DNA from: a virus
Direction: 5' to 3' (one strand)
Length of the DNA stretch: 64,000 nucleotides
IMG/VR virus record: IMGVR_UViG_3300032268_000973
Span: 1-64,000 of that record
Shown here: positions 29,801 to 39,775 of the stretch, one piece after another
Layout: the number at the start of each line of letters is the position of its first letter
How positions within the stretch are numbered: position 1 is the first letter of the stretch
Position numbers and translations under genes: made by a program
Notes under the pieces: generated by a model
Databases searched by the model: none
Seen by the model: the letters and a program-made list of their open reading frames with translations, nothing else
What the model was told of the DNA's origin: nothing

Positions 29801-31872
29801 AAATTATTTCTAGTTTGAACAATCCAGAACCTGAACCAGTACCGAATCGAATTGATGTTTTAGTTGGGAACGTTGTTACCGAAACTTTTACAACTGAGGA
29901 AGTTGTTGATGAATGGAAGCCACGTGACAACATAACCAAAAGAGTTGTAAGGGCTCTATTATCGGAGTGTGATTATTTTGAAACTATAAAAGCTGAGACA
30001 CCGATGGTTTTTGACAATCTGAAGGACAAGTTGAAGTTTTTCCATCCAACCTTTCATTCAATTACTCCTGAAGGATTGAATTCAAGATTGACGTTCTTAC
30101 AACAGTGTATGAGACCTGGTGATACAATTCCAACTATCAAACAAGTAACACCAACAAGTAAACCTCAGCTTGAATATAACAATGCTGTGAACACTTCTTT
30201 TGGAGCTCCACCAGTTTTGGTTATGAGAGTCGGAGATTTTTACAACACTAAAATTATTCCGACTTCATTACAGATTCAATATGAGGGGCTCGACCTCAAC
30301 CCAGAAGGAATTGGAGTTCAACCGATGATTGCTAATATTACATTAGGGTTTAACTTTGTTGGTGGAAGTGGACTTAAAGAATCTATCGACAAGTTACAGA
30401 ATGCTCTAACATTCAATTACTATGCAAACACTGAAATCTATGATGACAGAGCAGATGCTAGTGATATCGAATCATCAAGAATTCTTGATCAAATATTCTT
30501 GGCGGGACAAACTCCACCACCAATTCCTGGTGTAAACAATGCAACCACAAATGCTGGACAAGACAATAATAGTTCTATTGGTAGAATAGTTAGTTCCTCT
30601 ACATCAACCGAGGGTGTGACAACAGGCGTAATAAGTTATGGTGAGTTTATGGATCGAGTTGTAAACGAAACTCAGACCTATTTTACAAATGTAGTCAATA
30701 AAACCAAAGAAACGGTTAACCAATATAATAACGCCGTAAGACAACAATGGTTGTTGGAAAGAAATTACACTAACGGGAATCTTAATGTGGATACTTCAAA
30801 CGTAGATATATTTGGAAAACCAAATAATGTTGAACAAAGATTCAATGACATTTTTGATACGTTGGACAAAAACATTAAAGATGGTAACGAAGGGTTTATT
30901 CAGTATATTTCAGAACCATCGAAGAATTTTTCTCCTCAACTTATTAGAGCAATTAAGGAAAACTATTATAATTTTGTTTCAAGGAAAAAATCAACTTTCC
31001 AAAACGGAGTGTCTACTATAACCCAAAGTTTAGTGAACCAAGAACAAAGTTACATTCAAACTTTGGCAAGATTAAATATTATTACATTTGATCGAATTCC
31101 TAGTACAGGAACCGATGGATTCCAAGCTAAGAACGGACCTGTGACTATTTATACCACTTTAGGAACCGAAGATGTTCATCCAACATCAACAGCATCGGAC
31201 ACTCTTCTCGAATTAGTGGATGACGCTAAAAAAATCTCACAAGATATTATTGCGTTTAACGCGGTAATTCAAAGTCCAAGTAAATTCACTTATGCTGGAA
31301 CAGGAACTGAATATCAAGGAACTTTAGTTTTTGAGTTGGCAAATGGTAAATCTAAAGCAGTTACAACTGAACAAGTTTTCTTACCTTTTAGTGTGAACCC
31401 ATTATTTGCTAATGGAAATTATTCTTTTAGAAGAGTCTATATGATTCTTTCTGATGATATTGTTGATGACAAAAAGTATGAAACTTTCAAACAACAACTA
31501 ATCGGGAATGTATTGAATAACAAAACCTTATTAGGTAATGGGTCAATCAATTTGGAAAAAATATTTGACGACTATTGGATCTTGAAAGCTAAACCAGTTT
31601 TCTTGGAGGAAAACAATATTACAAAATCGTTTATTGATAATTTAGAAAAAACCTCTTTGAAAAATTTCTTGGTATATACACCATTTGACAAGAAAACTAG
31701 AGACTTCACTTTCACAACTGAAGACTCAGGTGATCAATCAAAGAAACCTTCACAAGAGAATATGATTAAAGGATTAGCGGATACTACTAACCAAAATACA
31801 AATATAAACACTTGGAATGATCTCGGTGACAATGCCACGGGAGCGTTCATATCTAAAGCAAAACTGAACTGA
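26806..31872 (+). CDS. Giant baseplate / tube-initiator protein (gp48/gp54-like segments) with an internal OmpA-like domain
   Basis: FPPYGLTFSESVQANWNSSDFLGRPEPIYTYKNTSR and PPVLVMRVGDFY segments. SSCSAPASVAYNDALSKRRV resembles OmpA_C. Confidence 0.65.
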   Translation: MASPLDFVNSDGFRKKLITRNLTPYAKAPNRPTQPINTEYIQSDSSVQDSPDQLIDQPSFANKLYPLNQYGNEGGYEQAPDPGALLNTKSNEGEYGYQDANIVGQSIPESQKWKPLNVFSNGSQLNLDSAEFFDSLQRPTATNKSNNQPYPTTFVYSTYSPVSILLSPNPGGSNGLVSQDSFIARLGAQTLRKEFEERIAAQIRQDTLGRANILNVSSGTDVVNILTGVVPIIEPNFTITVTANPILAATNFALRLAGSILPTSPIPGSYFDPNINPGPQTTIQQLTNAFRRSAVGKFVNRLMGGGETGSQIMFNNMGAGQRSRLFKNIDFNKYKPNYPRTFLDRVGGVLTGTQSENSNFYVGSITSNPSQVFSPPGDVPVNQYGIEQQSPVYGPSELAQLYEGPSQSVRLGANGPTYSNGGGIEGGFTWVSPKYKDNAGKKVGIGGEITSQDEDFRPSSYVNTESVGIPFREGSILDDTQRLIDSQPQGGKRLQHVGNAIDQVSKVFNDGYKELTKGSRVYRYEGEIGQEVGTEYCRVFAKDIPYLQYNDLQKVDGITTEGRRFSYSVLDKTYNLNIAPNKQEGGQDSTNLIGTDNNAYAKKYMFSLENLAWRTSKTPGFSTADLPVCERGPNGGRVMWFPPYGLTFSESVQANWNSSDFLGRPEPIYTYKNTSRGGTLTWKIVVDHPSVLNVIVNKVLANETNRTRVDSILESFFAGCRKYDIYELAKKYVTVNPNDLFELQQAISSKEMTREQIEYTRKTIETGYNSPNGSDQGSSQSGGGGDSNTLFQRYLQLGFYYGNDYPKPNTVINYTTEYPRYSAELNEEYSKQPNAQETETFFKTVVTPNYEAINDFAIELGKQLESNANGNVTIYISSSCSAPASVAYNDALSKRRVTAMIKYFAENTATSKYVANSRLIVKEDPRAQPGVGAQGERARSTPMKSSKTEKPYPPEVFSPNGDTFNCSDSVATAGGDTPVGAKEVFTVGAMACRRSYISEIISSLNNPEPEPVPNRIDVLVGNVVTETFTTEEVVDEWKPRDNITKRVVRALLSECDYFETIKAETPMVFDNLKDKLKFFHPTFHSITPEGLNSRLTFLQQCMRPGDTIPTIKQVTPTSKPQLEYNNAVNTSFGAPPVLVMRVGDFYNTKIIPTSLQIQYEGLDLNPEGIGVQPMIANITLGFNFVGGSGLKESIDKLQNALTFNYYANTEIYDDRADASDIESSRILDQIFLAGQTPPPIPGVNNATTNAGQDNNSSIGRIVSSSTSTEGVTTGVISYGEFMDRVVNETQTYFTNVVNKTKETVNQYNNAVRQQWLLERNYTNGNLNVDTSNVDIFGKPNNVEQRFNDIFDTLDKNIKDGNEGFIQYISEPSKNFSPQLIRAIKENYYNFVSRKKSTFQNGVSTITQSLVNQEQSYIQTLARLNIITFDRIPSTGTDGFQAKNGPVTIYTTLGTEDVHPTSTASDTLLELVDDAKKISQDIIAFNAVIQSPSKFTYAGTGTEYQGTLVFELANGKSKAVTTEQVFLPFSVNPLFANGNYSFRRVYMILSDDIVDDKKYETFKQQLIGNVLNNKTLLGNGSINLEKIFDDYWILKAKPVFLEENNITKSFIDNLEKTSLKNFLVYTPFDKKTRDFTFTTEDSGDQSKKPSQENMIKGLADTTNQNTNINTWNDLGDNATGAFISKAKLN

Positions 31873-32195
31873 TGGCGTATCAATATTATAATAGATATAG
31901 TGATTTTCTCATCAATGGTGAGCAAACCGTTGTGCCTTATGTTTCGTTACCACAAAAACCCACAGATAAGGCATATATCTATAAAGTTGCGAAAAGTAGA
32001 TTGGATAAGGTCTCACAAGAATTTTATAACTCTCCCGTGTTTAATTGGTTAATTCTTCAAGCCAATCCTCAATTCGGCGGATTAGAAAACAATATTTACG
32101 ATGGTGCTGTATTGATTATTCCTTTTCCCCTCCTACCATCTTTACAAGATTACAAAGCGGCATTAGAAAACCATTTTTATTATTATGGCAGGTAA
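31872..32195 (+). CDS. LysM-like baseplate protein (gp53 / P2 gpX-like)
   Basis: YIYKVAKSRLDKVSQEFYNSPVFNWLILQANP...GAVLIIP. Confidence 0.8.
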   Translation: MAYQYYNRYSDFLINGEQTVVPYVSLPQKPTDKAYIYKVAKSRLDKVSQEFYNSPVFNWLILQANPQFGGLENNIYDGAVLIIPFPLLPSLQDYKAALENHFYYYGR

Positions 32196-35100
32196 TATTC
32201 AAGCGGATAATAGTGGAAACATTCTTGTTGAATTCGATTACAATAACATTATTGTGGTTGATCCTAACAAGACAATTGATGATTTTGGTAACATCAGTGA
32301 AAGATTAGTTGATCACGAAAAACTTGTGATGTATGCTAATTTGGAGGCTGAGTTATTACCAAGAACAAAACTTGCGGTTGGTGGATCACCTGAAGATAGA
32401 ATTCGAACGATATCAGTTGCGAAAATGAATTTTCTTAAACCTACAAAGAATGCATTTTTGGGAACAGGATATTATGACGAACTTACGGGAGAAAATTCAA
32501 CTCAGTTCAAAGGGACTAACCAACAACTCGAAAAAGGACAAGACCCAAAAAATGGAGACAAACCTTATATTCAAAATACTGTTGCAAATGAAAAAGATAT
32601 TATTGATAATGGTCTCTTAGGGATAACTTCAATCAATATACAAACCGACAGTAGTTTTATACCAACCGTAGAAATTCAACTTGAAGATATACAAGGTCGT
32701 GGATTGTTTGAATTGGGAAATAACTCTCCTTATTCAGCATTCTTTAATTTACCTTACCCACCCTTTTATTTGACATTAAAAGGGTATTATGGGCAAGCCA
32801 TCAGATATCAACTTAACTTACAAACATTTCACGCGTCCTTTAATGGATTTAGCGGAAACTATTTAGTTAGACTTCAGTTCAAAGGTTACAAATTTAATAT
32901 CCTTAATGAGGTCTCAATGGGCCACTTATTGGCGGCTCCTCACATGTATAGTCAAAGATTTGACGTGACTCAAACGGTTGAAGGGCCCCAACAACCAAAT
33001 GCGGCCGCCGAATCACAAGCGAGTACTCAAGCAGAACGAGGGGCTAATAATCTTGGATCAAGCGAGGCTGTGGTTACGCAACTTGTTGCTGAGAAGGGTT
33101 ATCAAAAAATTGTTGAAGTTTATAGTGAATACAAAGCGAAAGGATTGATTGCACCTAATTTTCCCGAATTAACTTTGGTTCAATTGATGAACAAGCTTGA
33201 CCAGTTTGAACAAACTATTGTCGAATCATTCGAAAAAACTGAGGTCGAATCTTTAACTAATATTCGAAATTACAAATCAGTTTTAACTCAATACTTTAAT
33301 AATGTGAGGGGTGCGAATAATTCTTGGTTTGCAATTTACTTAGATCCCAATCCAATCATTCTTCTTAATAATCAAGAAAAGATTTATGTATTTAAAAATT
33401 TATCTCGTGAGGTAAAAACCACGGCAATAACTTTATTACAAGAAAATATTTCCAAATACAACAAATCTTTATCTGAAAACCCTACTATGGGTTCAACCCC
33501 GAACCCTATAAAGTATGATACTATTTCGGTCACACCTCCTCCTTACGATTCAATAGACTGGAGAGCAACTACAAGAATTAGAACAGGAATACCAAATCCT
33601 ACTGAAGCGGATATACTTGCGTTTCAGTCTTCACTTTCATCACTTTGGGCACTAACGGAATTCCAAAAAACAGAAAGCCCGAATCAAATTGAACCTGTCC
33701 CTCAAAATTTTTTCACATTTGAGGGTGAAAATAGATTTGATAAAAATATTGCTCTGTTGGAAACACAAGCAAACAAAAAACTTTCAGAATTCGAAACTGA
33801 AATTTCTGCAAAATTATTAAGAAAGATTGAAGACACAGATGTGGGGTTAGGTTTCAGACCTACTGTTAGGAACATGATTGCAGTTATTATGGCGTCAGCT
33901 GAAGGGTTTATACGACTTATGGATGATGTTCATACTAATGCATGGAATGTGAAATATGATCCAGTTCGTCAATTAGCAATTTTAGACAATCAAACATCGG
34001 CATTAGGTAGTGAAACTATCGATTATGTCTCAAGAGACCCATCCGTAACATACAACAATAATGAATTAGATAATAATGCAAGAAATTCCCAAATTCCTGT
34101 ATATCCTTGGCCACAATTCTTTGTGGAAGATCCTGATGATAAGAAGGGAAGATTTCAGTTAAAATATCTTGCAGATCCAAGTGTTGTAGATATTACTCAA
34201 GGTTATTTGTATGACAAGTGGCCTGAAGTGGAATTTGTTGAAGAATATATGAAAGGGTTGACACAGAAGTTTCAAAACCCTAACGCTAGTCCTCCATTAG
34301 ATAATGAGAGAGATACAAATATAATCAACATCAATGCGATAGAATTTCCGTCTACAGGTCTTGCGTATACCAACAAAGAAGAAATCAAGTTTTTCTATGA
34401 AATTTGGGAACGACAATTTCTGACGACTCACTATTCAGGATTGATAAGAGCAAACTCAAATCAAATAGATGAACTTTTTAGATTAAATACTGAAACAGAA
34501 TTTAATAATATTCAAAAGAAATTGGGGATAAGTTCACCTTATTTGACTTTGAAGTTAAAGAATTATGATTTGAATTCATCGAACTATCCAAATTTCTTAA
34601 ATAATATATCTAACTCAGGAACTGGCCGAGCATACCAAGAATATATTAGGGATTTCTTTGTTACTCCTTACATCAAAGGAATAACAGAAAATTCTTTTTC
34701 AATTTTGAACACGTTAGAAATTGGAAAAATACCTCAATTTGCTGCAAAATCTGAAGCATTAAAATTATTGATTGAGAATGCGTCTAACGCACCTTTGATT
34801 GTTGACACGTTGCCATATACAAATCAAACTTGGTGTTCAACAAATTTAAGTCAAAGTAGCACATCATTATCAAATGAAGTGTATAATACCAAAAAGTCTC
34901 TTAGAATATTCGAACCAAGAAAGATAATTTCTAATTTTACTGACGTATATGATTATAGTTTTAACCGACCTGTAACTAATTTCTCATACATATTAGGACA
35001 GAATCCTACATCTGAAGTTATTGGTGGGTTGAATTTTTTCTATATATCAAGATTCCCAAATAAATTTATTCCTACAGAGGGATATGTAAATGGAACTTAT

Positions 35101-38100
35101 CCAACCAACACTTTGGCACCAACCGCATTTGGTTCTAACATATTCAGGACAACAACTTCAATGTTGAATACACCTTATTTTGTTAATGCAATTCAAAATG
35201 GTGTTTATAATTCAAGGGCTCAAGGGAACCTATATCCATACGTTCAAGCGGCTTATTTATTCTTAAACTCCCTTCCATTGGCAACATTAAGGGAAAAATA
35301 CAAATCTATATCTAATAGTATTTCAACTGATTTGGATTACATTTCTGCCACGCTGAAAAAATTCGGAGCAATACACAAAATCCCTTATCCTTGGATTTTG
35401 AAATATGGATCTATTTGGCATAGATACAAAAAATACAAAGAATCGAATGTAGATATTCTTAGCACCGCTTGGGATAACTTTAACTATAGTGGAAATTATT
35501 ATCCACCTACAAGTTCGGTAACACAAACATACTCCTTCAAATATTCAAACGTTGATAAAAACATTACGTTGCAAAATGAGAATGAACAAATTCAAATGCA
35601 ACTTGGATTCTATCCTAAAGTAATCAATGACTTTAACGTTTTTTATAATGGATATGATTTATTCCAAAACTATACAGATCAAGAAATTCAGAACAGTGTT
35701 AATGCTGGTATGAAATTATATAATTTCAGTGATTCCAATATCATAGGAGCTATTCAACAAGAGAAAAATCTATCTTTGATAACTTGGTCGGTATTGTTAC
35801 CGAATTTACAGCCTGATTCTGCAATAGAATGTAATCCAAAAGACAACACGACTGGGAATGAATATTTTGTTGTTCCTTCATTTGGAACATTTTTCAATCA
35901 AACGACTAATGCATGTATTTCCAACACAAATAACACAGTCGTAGATTTGACAAATAATCCAAGTGTATATAATGGATCAGTGAGAACTTTGTGGTCAGCA
36001 CCAAATTTTGGATATTTTGATTCAAATCAAATTAAATTCCCTGAGCCTGATTCATATTTGAATTTTATCAATACCGATGGAGATCAGTCACCATTTCATT
36101 TCTTAACTGAAAACAACTATACAAAAATAGAAGAAGTGTTTTCAGTGTTTGATACAGAAATATTGGATGCTTTCGAACTTGAGTTTTTAAATTTCTGTAA
36201 GCCTATGACGGACGCTTCTAAAGGATCGGATGTTATCAGTTTTGGAATATCGCCAGTAAATGTGAATGCAAATTTCAAAAACTTTCAATCTCTATTTAAA
36301 AGTTTGATGTCAGTCCCTGTAAAGAGTGGTACTGAAACTGAAGATGAGTATTTCAAAAACACAATTAACAATCAATTTGGATTGTTCCAAGTTGGTATAA
36401 AAGCCTTCATGGAGTTTGATGTAATATTCAGATATGGTAATCCTTCAAATTATAAAAGAAGAATTTTTGCGTCATACCTATCTCATAACTCAACCGAAGT
36501 TGTTGTTGATCCAATAACTTTTGAACCATATGTTACAAATTCATTACCTAGTTTTGGAGGTATAAGTTTAGTTCAATCACAAGAAACATATCCTGAAGCT
36601 TGGACGGCTTTGGAAACCCAAGTTGGTTTTTCAACAATACCAAATGTCGCATATACTTCTGATGGGTCTTATATTACAGACTTTTTTATTGATAATAATA
36701 TTAAGTTTACATCAGAAAATGTTGTTTTGTTAGCACCAATCATTAAAATGTATGCGACACAAAAATTAAATAATCCAAGTATCAACGCTGCTCAGTTTCA
36801 AGATCAGCTCAGTTTATATTTGGAAAGAGAAGATGATTTACAAAACGTTTTCTTAAATGGGGTTCTGAGAAAATTAAATGCAGATTTGGATGATCAAGTA
36901 CAATTACCTGAGAGGGCGGTTAAAAGTGTTATTACAGGTGAACAAAGTAAGGTTGAAAACTATGAAGTATTCAAAGCCTTAAATGATAAGTGGATTGCTG
37001 GTGGAGATTATAAAACCAAAACCCTATTCGAAGATATGTTATTTATGGATAGGGCTTCGAGAAACATTGGAGATACCGTCCTAATTGACATATTCGATCT
37101 AAAAAACATGTTCAATGAAAATTCATTGAATCAAGCAATGAGTGTGTTCACATTCATAAGTGGAATTTTAATTAAAAACAATTTCACGGTGATGCCATTA
37201 CCAGCATATGTGAATTTTTACAATGTTCAGGATGTGGATGGAGTATCAATTCCTAAACCTGAGGGATCACTACAATTCGCAAATAGTTTGTGGGGAACAT
37301 TCTTAGATGTTGACTATAGAAACTCTGGGCCTAAGTTGGTATGTTTTTATGTGGGGAAACCTTCACAATATTTGAACTTACCGAAACAAAACTCAAGATT
37401 CCGAGATGATGCATTTGAGTTAAGGAGATCTTCTGATAATCCACTTTTGGAAAATCAACAAGGTAAAAAAGATTGGGCATTATCAAACAAATGTGTTGGA
37501 TTCAACGTCGATGTTGGAATTAGAAATCAAAATATATTTTATTCATTTACCGTGTCTCAAGATAACGGTGTTGCAACATCTGAATCGATCAACACACAGT
37601 TGAACATGGTTGACCAAGCATCAGGTAGGGCGGTTGCAACTCAAAACAACAGTTTATACAATCTATACAAACAGAGAAGTTATAAAGCTGGTGTTGTGAG
37701 TTTAGGAAACGCATTACTACAACCAACAATGTATTTCAATCTCAGACACGTTCCGATGTTCAATGGACCGTATATGATTACTGATGTTTCTCACTCAATC
37801 CAACCTGGTTCATTCCAAACAACATTCAACGGAATTCGTCAAGGAATTTATGATTTACCTGCAATTGATAGTTTACTACAAAGTATCAATCAAAATTTGA
37901 TCACAAGAATTGAGGAACTTCTTAAAATTAATAAAGATCAGATTGTAGTATCAGGAACAACAAACAACATCAAATCAGATAGTATTGTTCAAAAGGCCGA
38001 CAATACTTTAGATACTACAAATTCATGTAGTTCTAAAATTACTGACGATGTATATCTGAATGCTAGCCCTGGTTATGTCGCCGAAACTGGTAAATTGACT

Positions 38101-39495
38101 AAATTTACACCTACTGAGTTAGCGGATACATTGAAAAGACTTTTGCCAAGTGACCCTATATTACAAACATTTATTTATTGTATCTCTTATATCCGAACAT
38201 TCCAAAGTAATTCAAATACCGACGTTGGTAACTTCAACGGTTGGAATAATAACTTAGCCACTTTAGGATTAGACACAAATTGGTCAGGACAAGTATCGTT
38301 ATTATCTAAAACTTACAGTTGTGTTAATGTCAAAACAACAGACTCCAAAAATACTTCTTTACCTATCTCCCACTTTAGTTCTTTGGATGATTATGTAAGA
38401 TTTATGGCGGCACGATTGAGGCCAAGAGTTAGTCAAATTTTAGAGCCAAATATGGGATTGGCAAAATATTATGTTTGTTTTTGGCCACAAAAAAATATTG
38501 ATGTTACTTATTACGACGAAAATAAATCGAGATTCAAACAAACAGAAGACACATTTTTCAAAGCATTGTCATCGGCGGTAAGGGTTGGTTTAATTAACCC
38601 TGATGGTTCGGTTGACTTGAAAGAAACAATCAAGAATGATAATAAGAACCCAACTGTAACACCAACACCTTCATTGAGTCAAACTTGTCCTCCTCCATCC
38701 TTAAAATCTTTCGCTCCTGAGGATGGATACACAGGAACAATTATACAACTTAATGGAGAAAATTTTGAATCAATAAAGTCTATAGAAGTGTCGGGTCAAA
38801 AAGTGGATATGAAAACCTTAACGGTATTTAACAAAAATACCTTAAGATTTACTTTACCTTCAATTACAATTCCATTAAACCAAGAAGTTGTTGTTGGAAA
38901 AATTTCGATCACTACTGAATTCGGTACGTCAGAAAGTTCATTGAATTTCACATTCAATCCAGCATTGCAAAATAAAACAACTTCTTCTCCAGGAGCATAC
39001 CAAAGTAAAGAACAAATACAACCTCCAACAATTGAACAACAAGAAGAGTTAGGGCAGAATAGAAATCCTCAGGATATAGGAAGTGTAATTTTAGAAAGTG
39101 AGTCTACGTCTATTTTCACAAACTTTTTCAATAACCCTATAACCAACACACTAAAAGTTTATTTGAAACCTGAATCAACTCCTGGAATAATTTCAGAAAC
39201 AGTCCTTATGGTAGTTTCGATATTCAATAGGAAACTAAGTAATAATAAATACGAAATAACATTAGACCGAACAGAAACTTTAGCATTGGATTCATTTGTA
39301 AAAGATAATGTTTTTTATATTACATATAGTGATGTTGCGGATATTTTGATTAACAATCCTCAAGGATCCTTTAAAACTAATTTTATAAAAGGTGATCAAT
39401 TGATAGAAATAAACTTTGAAATACAAGCAATTCCTTTGGATAAGATTAAATTCCCATCACCTGTTACAAGATCTTTCTTCTTCAGATTTAAATAA
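32185..39495 (+). CDS. Giant baseplate hub protein (gp27/VgrG-like) with C-terminal accessory domains
   Basis: GITSINIQ...VEIQLEDIQG near the N-terminus and GPYMITDVSHSIQPGSFQTTFNGIR hub motif. An IPT/TIG-like segment (SFAPEDGYTGTIIQLNGENF) lies near the C-terminus. Confidence 0.65.
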   Translation: MAGNIQADNSGNILVEFDYNNIIVVDPNKTIDDFGNISERLVDHEKLVMYANLEAELLPRTKLAVGGSPEDRIRTISVAKMNFLKPTKNAFLGTGYYDELTGENSTQFKGTNQQLEKGQDPKNGDKPYIQNTVANEKDIIDNGLLGITSINIQTDSSFIPTVEIQLEDIQGRGLFELGNNSPYSAFFNLPYPPFYLTLKGYYGQAIRYQLNLQTFHASFNGFSGNYLVRLQFKGYKFNILNEVSMGHLLAAPHMYSQRFDVTQTVEGPQQPNAAAESQASTQAERGANNLGSSEAVVTQLVAEKGYQKIVEVYSEYKAKGLIAPNFPELTLVQLMNKLDQFEQTIVESFEKTEVESLTNIRNYKSVLTQYFNNVRGANNSWFAIYLDPNPIILLNNQEKIYVFKNLSREVKTTAITLLQENISKYNKSLSENPTMGSTPNPIKYDTISVTPPPYDSIDWRATTRIRTGIPNPTEADILAFQSSLSSLWALTEFQKTESPNQIEPVPQNFFTFEGENRFDKNIALLETQANKKLSEFETEISAKLLRKIEDTDVGLGFRPTVRNMIAVIMASAEGFIRLMDDVHTNAWNVKYDPVRQLAILDNQTSALGSETIDYVSRDPSVTYNNNELDNNARNSQIPVYPWPQFFVEDPDDKKGRFQLKYLADPSVVDITQGYLYDKWPEVEFVEEYMKGLTQKFQNPNASPPLDNERDTNIININAIEFPSTGLAYTNKEEIKFFYEIWERQFLTTHYSGLIRANSNQIDELFRLNTETEFNNIQKKLGISSPYLTLKLKNYDLNSSNYPNFLNNISNSGTGRAYQEYIRDFFVTPYIKGITENSFSILNTLEIGKIPQFAAKSEALKLLIENASNAPLIVDTLPYTNQTWCSTNLSQSSTSLSNEVYNTKKSLRIFEPRKIISNFTDVYDYSFNRPVTNFSYILGQNPTSEVIGGLNFFYISRFPNKFIPTEGYVNGTYPTNTLAPTAFGSNIFRTTTSMLNTPYFVNAIQNGVYNSRAQGNLYPYVQAAYLFLNSLPLATLREKYKSISNSISTDLDYISATLKKFGAIHKIPYPWILKYGSIWHRYKKYKESNVDILSTAWDNFNYSGNYYPPTSSVTQTYSFKYSNVDKNITLQNENEQIQMQLGFYPKVINDFNVFYNGYDLFQNYTDQEIQNSVNAGMKLYNFSDSNIIGAIQQEKNLSLITWSVLLPNLQPDSAIECNPKDNTTGNEYFVVPSFGTFFNQTTNACISNTNNTVVDLTNNPSVYNGSVRTLWSAPNFGYFDSNQIKFPEPDSYLNFINTDGDQSPFHFLTENNYTKIEEVFSVFDTEILDAFELEFLNFCKPMTDASKGSDVISFGISPVNVNANFKNFQSLFKSLMSVPVKSGTETEDEYFKNTINNQFGLFQVGIKAFMEFDVIFRYGNPSNYKRRIFASYLSHNSTEVVVDPITFEPYVTNSLPSFGGISLVQSQETYPEAWTALETQVGFSTIPNVAYTSDGSYITDFFIDNNIKFTSENVVLLAPIIKMYATQKLNNPSINAAQFQDQLSLYLEREDDLQNVFLNGVLRKLNADLDDQVQLPERAVKSVITGEQSKVENYEVFKALNDKWIAGGDYKTKTLFEDMLFMDRASRNIGDTVLIDIFDLKNMFNENSLNQAMSVFTFISGILIKNNFTVMPLPAYVNFYNVQDVDGVSIPKPEGSLQFANSLWGTFLDVDYRNSGPKLVCFYVGKPSQYLNLPKQNSRFRDDAFELRRSSDNPLLENQQGKKDWALSNKCVGFNVDVGIRNQNIFYSFTVSQDNGVATSESINTQLNMVDQASGRAVATQNNSLYNLYKQRSYKAGVVSLGNALLQPTMYFNLRHVPMFNGPYMITDVSHSIQPGSFQTTFNGIRQGIYDLPAIDSLLQSINQNLITRIEELLKINKDQIVVSGTTNNIKSDSIVQKADNTLDTTNSCSSKITDDVYLNASPGYVAETGKLTKFTPTELADTLKRLLPSDPILQTFIYCISYIRTFQSNSNTDVGNFNGWNNNLATLGLDTNWSGQVSLLSKTYSCVNVKTTDSKNTSLPISHFSSLDDYVRFMAARLRPRVSQILEPNMGLAKYYVCFWPQKNIDVTYYDENKSRFKQTEDTFFKALSSAVRVGLINPDGSVDLKETIKNDNKNPTVTPTPSLSQTCPPPSLKSFAPEDGYTGTIIQLNGENFESIKSIEVSGQKVDMKTLTVFNKNTLRFTLPSITIPLNQEVVVGKISITTEFGTSESSLNFTFNPALQNKTTSSPGAYQSKEQIQPPTIEQQEELGQNRNPQDIGSVILESESTSIFTNFFNNPITNTLKVYLKPESTPGIISETVLMVVSIFNRKLSNNKYEITLDRTETLALDSFVKDNVFYITYSDVADILINNPQGSFKTNFIKGDQLIEINFEIQAIPLDKIKFPSPVTRSFFFRFK

Positions 39496-39525
39496 ATGGT
39501 TAACTTACTTTATATTATAACAACA

Positions 39526-39533
39526 TATTTATA
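39526..39533 (+). promoter_or_regulatory. TATTTATA upstream motif
   Basis: Lies 14 nt before the ATG at 39548. Confidence 0.5.
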
Positions 39534-39547
39534 TAAAAAACATTCTT

Positions 39548-39772
39548 ATGAATATTAAAACAGCATTGGACAATTATCTCGGTAAGTCTGTAAGATTTTC
39601 TGAACTTGATAACGGAGACGGAACAAAAGAAGTGTGTGACTTAGATACTGGAGCTTGTTACACAGTTAGAGAAAGAGACGGCTTAATCGAGAGAGCTGGT
39701 CATCAAACCACATTGAATAGAAGAGTAAGAGTCGAAACTCCAGGTGGAATAAAAACATTATTAAATGGTTAA
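39548..39772 (+). CDS. Hypothetical protein
   Basis: 74 aa ORF with the upstream motif, closely packed with the next gene. Confidence 0.7.
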   Translation: MNIKTALDNYLGKSVRFSELDNGDGTKEVCDLDTGACYTVRERDGLIERAGHQTTLNRRVRVETPGGIKTLLNG

Positions 39773-39775
39773 ACT

